From assembly GCA_015064785.1 (NCBI GenBank), contig SVRM01000002.1:1618-65617 (forward strand): a stretch of 64,000 bases of DNA, written 5' to 3'. Position numbers and translations under genes: made by a program. Positions 38,840 through 45,874 of this stretch are shown piece by piece. The notes beneath the pieces are model-generated. The model worked only from the letters and a program-made list of their open reading frames with translations, did not search any database and had not been told where the DNA came from. Numbering within the stretch: the first letter of the stretch is position 1; every line of letters starts with the position of its first letter. Origin of the DNA: Oscillospiraceae bacterium (GTDB lineage: Bacteria > Bacillota > Clostridia > Oscillospirales > CAG-272).

Positions 38840-38852
38840 AAAAACAAAAATG

Positions 38853-38890
38853 AACCCCGTCATCATAATTGGTGACGGGGTTGAATTTTC
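38853..38890 (+). terminator. rho-independent terminator of uxaC
   Basis: AACCCCGTCA (38853-62) pairs with TGACGGGGTT (38873-82), then GAATTTTC. Confidence 0.65.
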
Positions 38891-38906
38891 GTTATATCAA
38901 TACATC

Positions 38907-39050
38907 TGTAGGGGCGATTCACGAATCGCCCGCAAGATAAAGCAAAGATGATGCATATGGTTATATAATACCATGATCAATCATGTTCATTTTCAGCCAC
39001 AGAAAGCGTCGATATGCAGCGTTTCGGGCGATTCGTGAATCGCCCCTACA
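38907..39050. repeat. perfect 26-bp inverted repeat pair flanking a 92-bp AT-rich spacer
   Basis: TGTAGGGGCGATTCACGAATCGCCCG (38907-38932) is the exact reverse complement of CGGGCGATTCGTGAATCGCCCCTACA (39025-39050). Each arm is itself a 9-bp hairpin (GGGCGATTC/GAATCGCCC). Confidence 0.9.
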
Positions 39051-39488
39051 TCAAAATGGGGTTAATCGCGAATGTAATTCATAAAGTGCTGTTTTATTGG
39101 AATCCCAATGAAACACTTCCCCTGCCTGCGCATACGGCAGCCAGACACATTCGGTATGTTCGTGCGAGAGGACAAGCTCATCACACGGAAAAGCAAATGC
39201 ATATTCCGGCACAACATAAAGATCATCGCGCCATCCGTATTCACGACGCTTCGGGAAGATTTCGACGGGAATCGAGCATATGGAGTCCAGCGGCAGAATT
39301 TCCGTGACAGTCACGCCGCCCTCCTCATATATCTCGCGTTTTGCTGCCTGCATCGGTGTTTCATCGTCCTCACCGCCGCCGGCAATGAACTGCCATTGGT
39401 CGTGATCAGATCGGTGCAGAACACAGTACAGAGAACTGCCGTCGACAAATTTTTACGGAATCGCAAGAATCTGAACCAGTGCTCGCAT
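39051..39488 (-). pseudogene. NUDIX hydrolase interrupted by an in-frame TAA
   Basis: ATG 39488 gives MRALVQILAIP, then TAA (39455-39453). The same frame continues KFVDGSSLYCVLHRSDHDQWQFIAGGGEDDETPMQAAKREIYEEGGV (full NUDIX box) to the stop at 39051. The first in-frame ATG after the TAA (39353) falls inside the NUDIX box. Confidence 0.7.
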
Positions 39489-39493
39489 GGAGA

Positions 39494-40093
39494 TTATCTG
39501 TCGGTAAAGGTTTTGGAATACATCGTCAGATCGTTGAGATCTTTGTCATACGCTTCCAGTTCATCGATGCCATAGTAATCCATCAGCGCGTGCCAGCGTT
39601 CTGCCATATCGTCGTCATACAGATACGGACGGTAGCCAAGCCCCAGATAAATCTTGATCGCAGGCTTGCGGAAATCGTCGGTGTTCAGATACGCGAGCTT
39701 GATTTCATGCTTCTTGAAATATTCAACAACTGCCGTACAGACCGCACGTCCGCCGCCCAGTCCTCTGACGTCAGACGAGGAACCGACCATATGCAGATTG
39801 CCAATGTGATTCGGCTGAACCTGTACAGTTGCAGTCGAGAAGATGCGTCCTTCGGGTGTAACCGCAAAGAAAATGCCGTCTTCGGGGATTGCGGGATCAT
39901 CCCACATGGCTTCATAGAAATGTTCGCGTGTCCAGGGTGTTCCGCCGGTCAGCTCGATGCAGGCGTCAATCCAGCCGTCCGCCAGCTGTTCCTTTGTGAA
40001 TTTGTCTGTCGTGCGGTCAATGACATAGCATCCTTCTTTCAGTTTGACGGGTGCGGGATCTTTGTCTTTCCAGACCATTCTGAGTTGTGCCAT
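39494..40093 (-). CDS. GNAT family N-acetyltransferase
   Basis: 199 aa. Acetyl-CoA pocket block VGSSSDVRGLGGGRAVCTAVV. Confidence 0.65.
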   Translation of the reverse strand: MAQLRMVWKDKDPAPVKLKEGCYVIDRTTDKFTKEQLADGWIDACIELTGGTPWTREHFYEAMWDDPAIPEDGIFFAVTPEGRIFSTATVQVQPNHIGNLHMVGSSSDVRGLGGGRAVCTAVVEYFKKHEIKLAYLNTDDFRKPAIKIYLGLGYRPYLYDDDMAERWHALMDYYGIDELEAYDKDLNDLTMYSKTFTDR

Positions 40094-40123
40094 AGCCTAT
40101 GTTTCCTTTCATCAAAAAAGTTG

Positions 40124-40612
40124 TTATTTCATCCATTCCTCGCAGAGGTATTTGTGCACCGCCGGGGGAACAAGTCCTGTGAAATCATGTTCGTAGCGCA
40201 GCATTTCGCGCACGAAGGTTGAGCTGATGTGCATATATTCCTGCTTTGCCGGGATAAAGATCGTATCTACACCCTCGACCGCACGGTTGATACCGTACAT
40301 GGTCATCTCATAGTCAAGATCGGTCCCGTTGCGGATGCCCTTGACAATCACTGCATCACGCTCTCTTGCAAATACGGCAGTCAATCCGGATTCGATGGAA
40401 CAGACCACATTGTCAAGGTGCGCCGTTGCCAGCCGCAGCATGTGCAGCTTTTCGTCGGACGAAAACATACTTCCCTTTTTGTCAGCATTGGAAAACGCAG
40501 TAACATAGACAAAGTCGAACATGGCAGCCGCGCGTTCAATGATGTCAAGATGTCCCGTTGTGATCGGATCAAAGCTGCCGGGAATGACAGCGGTACGGAT
40601 GATTTTGCTCAT
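40124..40612 (-). CDS. coaD: pantetheine-phosphate adenylyltransferase
   Basis: AVIPGSFDPITTGHLDII (the HxGH-type motif of CoaD); 162 aa. Confidence 0.92.
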   Translation of the reverse strand: MSKIIRTAVIPGSFDPITTGHLDIIERAAAMFDFVYVTAFSNADKKGSMFSSDEKLHMLRLATAHLDNVVCSIESGLTAVFARERDAVIVKGIRNGTDLDYEMTMYGINRAVEGVDTIFIPAKQEYMHISSTFVREMLRYEHDFTGLVPPAVHKYLCEEWMK

Positions 40613-41193
40613 ATCTCACTGTCCTCCGTCGGCTTCATACGAAGATAGGTAATATAGATTCTACCGTACTTTGCCGTTTTTGTGATGTCATACTTTTCAA
40701 GAACTACGGTATCTCCGTCAAAAATATCGGGAGATTCCGATTCTACCATGATTTTTGTCCGCTCATCTGCGGCACCGGACAGCGCCAGCCGCTTCATGAC
40801 CTCACCGTGAATGCGTTCGGTAAACGGCGGATCGATATAAATGAAATCAAAAGGGCGGTCGCCGTTTTTGACAAACCCTTTGAGATAGTCCTGATATTTG
40901 TAATTGACAATCCGGCAGCGGTCAAACAGCTTGGTTTTCTTTGCGTTCGCCTTGATAACGGCAATCGCATCCGGTGATGCGTCGACCATAACAGCCCGTG
41001 CCGCACCGCGGGAAACCGCTTCCAACCCCATCTGTCCCGATCCGGAAAACAGATCGAGAAAGTGCGAATTCTCCATTTCAAATTGCAGTGCACTGAACAC
41101 CGCCTCCTTGACACGCTCTGCCGTCGGTCTGGTAGCTTCACCTTCCAGCGTTTCCAGTGTGACATTGCGTGCTTCACCTGTGATGATTCTCAT
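40609..41193 (-). CDS. rsmD: 16S rRNA (guanine966-N2)-methyltransferase
   Basis: MRIITGEARN…RPTAERVKEAVFS…DLFSGSGQMGLEA…IYIDPPF. ATG 41193 behind GGAAAGGAA. Confidence 0.88.
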   Translation of the reverse strand: MRIITGEARNVTLETLEGEATRPTAERVKEAVFSALQFEMENSHFLDLFSGSGQMGLEAVSRGAARAVMVDASPDAIAVIKANAKKTKLFDRCRIVNYKYQDYLKGFVKNGDRPFDFIYIDPPFTERIHGEVMKRLALSGAADERTKIMVESESPDIFDGDTVVLEKYDITKTAKYGRIYITYLRMKPTEDSEI

Positions 41194-41216
41194 GGGATTC
41201 CTTTCCAGTCCGGGGA

Positions 41217-43109
41217 TCATTCCCCGTCTTTTTGATTGAAGTGCGCGGCAATCTTCTCCGCAAGCGCCGGTGAAATACCTGGAACGGCGCAGAGTTCTTC
41301 CTGTGCTGCATTTTTTACCGCTGAGAGCGACTTAAAATGCGCAAGCAATGCTTTTGCTTTTGCCGCACCGATACCGTCAATGGCTTCCAGTGATGATGTT
41401 TTCACCGTTTTGTTTTTGGCGCCCATCATGCGGGAAACGGTATAGCGGTGCACTTCTTCCTGAATTTTATAGATATATACAAACACCGACTGCTCCCGCG
41501 CGATGTTGATTTCGTTGTGACCGTCGGTCAGTGCACGCGTCTTGTGGAACTCGTCCTTGACCATGCCGAGAACCGGAATGTCCAGACCCAGCTCGTCCAT
41601 CAGCTCCTGCACTGTCGAGACATGTCCCTTACCGCCGTCAAGGAGAATCAGATCGGGCGGTGTTTCGCCAAAGCCCGAGCCTGTCGGATTCAGAATGTGG
41701 TCAAGCCGCCGGCGCAGTGTTTCTTTCATCGATGCATAGTCATCGGGTGCGCCGGTGGTTTCGCGGATGGTGAATGTGCGGTAATCCTTTTTGATGAATT
41801 TGCCGTTTTCACAGACAATCATGCCGGCAGTGATGTGCTCGGAGCCGAGGTTGGAGATATCGTATGCTTCAATGCGTTCGGGGATGACCTCCAGTCCCAG
41901 CATCGACGCGAGCTTGTAAAGCGTCTTTGCATCACGTTCCGATTCATGCCGATATTGCTTTGCGTTTTGCTCGGCGTTGTCCGATGCCATCTCGCAGAGC
42001 TTTCGTCCGTCGCCGCGCTCAGGAATCCGCACCGTGATCTTCCGCCCGGCTTTCCCGGTGAGAAACGATGCCAGCATCTGCACTTCTTCTTCGCCCGGAT
42101 CAAATCCAAGCAGTACCTCGCGCGGGATAAACTCACGCATCGTATAGAATTCCGACAGAAATGCGGAGAGATTTTCGTTTTCCATGATCTGATCTGCGCC
42201 AAAGCAGAAATGCTCAGAGTCGATCAGACAACCGCCGCGGACATAGAAGACCGCAATACAGGCACAGGTATCCCCGCGATAGATGCCGATGATATCCTGC
42301 TCCGCGTCGGGGGATGCGACAACCTTCTGCTTCTGCCACAGTTTGGACAGGCTCTCAATGCGGTCACGGTAGATTGCCGCCGCTTCAAATTCCAGATTCT
42401 CCGCGGCATTCTCCATTTTTTCCTGCAAGGAACGGCGGACATCCTCAAACGAGCCACGCAGCATCGCTGTGATATCACGGAAGATTTCTTTGTACTGCTC
42501 GGACGTAACCTTTCCGGTACATGGTGCCACACATTGACCGATCTGTGCATAGATGCACGGCCGCGTTTTCCCAATATCGCGCGGAAACGATTTTTTACAT
42601 GCAGCAATCCCGAACGATTTTCGAATGGTCACAAGAATTTTGGCAACAGCCTGTGCGCTGGAATACGGTCCGAAATATTTTGCGCCGTCCGCAGTGCGCT
42701 TTCGCACCATAGAAACTGTCGGATACGGCTCGTTCATCGTCACGCGGATGTACGGATAATTTTTATCGTCCTTGAGGCGGATATTATACTTCGGCGTATG
42801 CAGCTTAATCAGACTGTTTTCCAGTGTCAGTGCTTCCATCTCGGAGTCACAGAGGATATATTCAAAATCCTCGACCAGCGAAACCATCCGTGCAGTCTTC
42901 GGTGCGTGATCGGCACGTTCGTGAAAATACTGTGACACGCGATTTTTCAGAACCTTGGACTTTCCGACATAAATCACTCTGCCGCCGCGGTCATGCATGA
43001 TGTACACGCCCGGCGAAAACGGCAGCTGATTTGCCTTCTCACGCAGTCTGGCAAGCCGTTTTTCGTCCTGCGTCAGCGCCACCGCCGATATAACCGGTTC
43101 AAGTTCCAT
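41217..43109 (-). CDS. uvrC: excinuclease ABC subunit C
   Basis: GIY-YIG start (PGVYIMHDRGGRVIYVGKSKVLKNRVSQY), UvrBC domain and C-terminal HhH2; 630 aa. Confidence 0.95.
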   Translation of the reverse strand: MELEPVISAVALTQDEKRLARLREKANQLPFSPGVYIMHDRGGRVIYVGKSKVLKNRVSQYFHERADHAPKTARMVSLVEDFEYILCDSEMEALTLENSLIKLHTPKYNIRLKDDKNYPYIRVTMNEPYPTVSMVRKRTADGAKYFGPYSSAQAVAKILVTIRKSFGIAACKKSFPRDIGKTRPCIYAQIGQCVAPCTGKVTSEQYKEIFRDITAMLRGSFEDVRRSLQEKMENAAENLEFEAAAIYRDRIESLSKLWQKQKVVASPDAEQDIIGIYRGDTCACIAVFYVRGGCLIDSEHFCFGADQIMENENLSAFLSEFYTMREFIPREVLLGFDPGEEEVQMLASFLTGKAGRKITVRIPERGDGRKLCEMASDNAEQNAKQYRHESERDAKTLYKLASMLGLEVIPERIEAYDISNLGSEHITAGMIVCENGKFIKKDYRTFTIRETTGAPDDYASMKETLRRRLDHILNPTGSGFGETPPDLILLDGGKGHVSTVQELMDELGLDIPVLGMVKDEFHKTRALTDGHNEINIAREQSVFVYIYKIQEEVHRYTVSRMMGAKNKTVKTSSLEAIDGIGAAKAKALLAHFKSLSAVKNAAQEELCAVPGISPALAEKIAAHFNQKDGE

Positions 43110-43247
43110 TTCCGATCACCTCCCACTAAAAACGAAAAGAGCGGACCGCGGGACAACCGATGACCGGCAGATCCGCGAATAACCCGCTCTCCGATGTATG
43201 AAAATTACAGAATCCGTGGATTCACACAGAACCCGCAGATTACCCTA

Positions 43248-43511
43248 TCAGTCATTGAAACCGTTGACGACCAGATCTTCAATGCCGTTCAGTGCTTCGA
43301 CTTCGTCTGCACCGTCTGCGATCAGGGTGATGGTCATATCCTTGGTGATGCCGAGGGAGAGGACGCCGAGAAGCGACTTCGCATTGACACGTCTGTCTTC
43401 CTTTTCAACCCAGATAGAACTCTTATAGGAGTTCGCCTTCTGAATGAAGAAGGTAGCGGGTCTTGCGTGCAGTCCTACGCTGTTCTTTATGGTAATGTTT
43501 CGAGAGATCAT
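43248..43511 (-). CDS. ptsH: phosphocarrier protein HPr
   Basis: His15 site GLHARPA and Ser46 site NAKSLLGVLSLG; 87 aa. Confidence 0.9.
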   Translation of the reverse strand: MISRNITIKNSVGLHARPATFFIQKANSYKSSIWVEKEDRRVNAKSLLGVLSLGITKDMTITLIADGADEVEALNGIEDLVVNGFND

Positions 43512-43843
43512 ATTTCCATTCTCCTATCATAAATTTATCAGAAAATTCATTGGTGCACACCGCTCCATAAAGCCGATGAAGCAAACAGACGGCGTTTGCA
43601 TGGCGCATCGTTTTTTCGGTGTACAATAACCTATCTATATTATAACAAATAAAACACAAATAATCAAGTGGTTTTTCGATTTTTTCTGAAATTTTCATGA
43701 TATTTTTTTGAAATTTCGTCTCCGTTTTTGAATTTTCCAAAACGTTTACAAAAAATTTTCGTGATTTCACCCTTTACCCTCTTTTCAAGTCGGAAAAAAT
43801 TTGGTATAATAATGATAACTATCCCGAAAGGAAACCGATATTC

Positions 43844-45844
43844 ATGCCTAAGAAAACCTCAGCACCTCAGTACGGCAACCAGAGCATTTCTTCCCTCAAG
43901 GGCGCGGACCGTGTCAGAAAACGTCCCGCTGTCATTTTCGGCTCAGACGGACTGGAAGGCTGCGAGCACTCCTTTTTTGAAATTTTATCAAACTCCGTTG
44001 ACGAAGCACGCGAAGGCTTCGGTCACGAAATCATTGTCACCGCATACACCGACCATTCCTTTGAGGTCGAAGACTTCGGCCGCGGTGTACCGCTGGACTA
44101 TAACGAAGCAGAAGGACGCTACAACTGGGAGCTGGTCTATTGTGAACTGTACGCGGGCGGCAAATATGACAACAACGCCGACGGTGCAGCCTACGAGTAT
44201 TCCCTCGGCTTGAACGGGCTCGGTGCCTGCGCAACGCAGTATTCCTCCGAATACATGCATGTCACCTCCTACAACAACAGCCGTGTCTACCATATAGAAT
44301 TTTCCAAGGGCGAACCCGCATCTGAGCTTTCTGTCCGAGAGCCGTCCAAAAAGGAAAACGGTCGGACCGGTACGATCACCCGCTGGAAGCCCGACCTGGA
44401 TGTCTTTACCGATATCGCAGTCCCGCGCGAGCATCTTGAAAACGTTCTCAAAAAGCAATCCATCGTTAATCCCGGCACGAAGTTTATCTTCCGCTGGGAA
44501 AACGAAACCGGCGATTTTGAGCAGTCGGAATATTATTATGAGAACGGCATCATGCAGTATGTCTCCGAGCTGTCCGCAGAAAGCGCCATCACGCCGCCGC
44601 AGCTCTGGAATCTTGAAACCATGGGACGCGACCGTGCGGACAAGCCGGATTACAAGCTAAAGGCTGAAGTTTCCTTCTGCTTTACCAATACGGCAAACGG
44701 GTTGGAATACTACCACAACGGCTCGTTCCTCGAGCACGGCGGTTCGCCCGACAAGGCCGTCCGCTCCGCGTTCACCTTTGCCATCGACAAATACTTAAAG
44801 ACAGCCGGCAAATATAATAAAAACGAAGCAAAGATCACATTTACCGATGTCGAGGATTCCCTGCTCTGCGTCATCAACTCCGTCTCCACACAGACATCGT
44901 ATGCCAATCAGACCAAAAAGGCAATCAACAACACTTTTATTGCCGAGGCACTGACCGATTTTCTCAAACGTCAGCTGGAAATCTACTTCACCGAAAATCC
45001 GATTGATGCCGATAAAATTGCCGGTCAGGTGCTTGTCAACAAGCGTTCCCGCGAAAGTGCCGAGTCGACACGTCTGAATCTGAAAAAGAAGCTCGGCGGT
45101 ACGATGGACATGACCAACCGCATCGAGAAGTTTGTCGGATGCCGCTCCAAGGATCCGGAGAAGCGTGAGCTGTATATTGTAGAAGGTGATTCCGCTCTGA
45201 CCTCCACCAAGCTCGGCCGTACAGCGGAATTTCAGGCAATCATCGCCGTTCGCGGCAAAACGCTGAACTGTCTGAAGAGCTCCTACGACAAAATCTTCAA
45301 AAGTGAAATCATCTGCGATCTGCTCCGTGTCATCGGATGCGGCGTGGAAATCAAGACGAAGGTCAAGACCGATATGGTTCCCTTTGATCCCGACGCACTG
45401 AAATGGTCGAAGATCATCATCTGTACCGATGCCGACGAAGACGGCTTCCAGATCCGCACGCTGATTCTCACAATGTTCTACCGCCTGCTCCCGTCTCTCA
45501 TCAAGATGGGCAAGGTTTACATTGCAGAAACCCCGCTTTACGAAATCACGGTCAAGGACGATACCTATTACGCATACGACGAAATCGATAAAGCGGAAAT
45601 CCTCGAAAAGCTCGGAAACACCAAATACACACTCCAGCGTTCCAAGGGTCTTGGTGAAAATACGCCGGAGATGATGTGGCAGACCACAATGAATCCCGAA
45701 ACACGCCATCTCGTCCGTGTCGATTCTGCGGATGAAGCGGCAACAATGTTCATCTTTGAAACACTTCTCGGCGACGATCTCCCGGCGCGCAAGGAATTTA
45801 TCGCGCTGCACGGCTCCGAATACATCCGCGACGCCGACGTATAA
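43844..45844 (+). CDS. type IIA DNA topoisomerase subunit B (GyrB/ParE family, divergent)
   Basis: GHKL ATPase and Toprim (EGDSA) blocks are present. The N-terminal RKRPAVIFG replaces the usual RKRPGMYIG. 666 aa. Confidence 0.8.
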   Translation: MPKKTSAPQYGNQSISSLKGADRVRKRPAVIFGSDGLEGCEHSFFEILSNSVDEAREGFGHEIIVTAYTDHSFEVEDFGRGVPLDYNEAEGRYNWELVYCELYAGGKYDNNADGAAYEYSLGLNGLGACATQYSSEYMHVTSYNNSRVYHIEFSKGEPASELSVREPSKKENGRTGTITRWKPDLDVFTDIAVPREHLENVLKKQSIVNPGTKFIFRWENETGDFEQSEYYYENGIMQYVSELSAESAITPPQLWNLETMGRDRADKPDYKLKAEVSFCFTNTANGLEYYHNGSFLEHGGSPDKAVRSAFTFAIDKYLKTAGKYNKNEAKITFTDVEDSLLCVINSVSTQTSYANQTKKAINNTFIAEALTDFLKRQLEIYFTENPIDADKIAGQVLVNKRSRESAESTRLNLKKKLGGTMDMTNRIEKFVGCRSKDPEKRELYIVEGDSALTSTKLGRTAEFQAIIAVRGKTLNCLKSSYDKIFKSEIICDLLRVIGCGVEIKTKVKTDMVPFDPDALKWSKIIICTDADEDGFQIRTLILTMFYRLLPSLIKMGKVYIAETPLYEITVKDDTYYAYDEIDKAEILEKLGNTKYTLQRSKGLGENTPEMMWQTTMNPETRHLVRVDSADEAATMFIFETLLGDDLPARKEFIALHGSEYIRDADV

Positions 45845-45874
45845 CGAAACCCAACACAAAGGATATTACATAAC

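Noticed and set aside
34086-38866. Long minus-strand ORFs 34086-35180, 35248-36711 and 37742-38866
   Set aside because: They are antisense to the oxidoreductase, TIM-barrel, GH39-like and uxaC genes. One of them even spans an intergenic gap. None shows motifs.
38907-39050. Inverted repeats as ends of an insertion sequence
   Set aside because: The interior is only 92 bp with no ORF. No flanking direct-repeat target duplication is visible. A MITE or inverton remains possible and is listed as a finding.
38673-39307. ORFs 38673-38951 (+) and 39014-39307 (+) reading through the 26-bp inverted repeats (…GDSRIARK… / MQRFGRFVNRPY…)
   Set aside because: These are translations of the palindromic repeat arms and of the antisense strand of the NUDIX gene. 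They have no RBS.
41448-42935. 495-aa plus-strand ORF
   Set aside because: It is antisense to uvrC, which is unambiguous.
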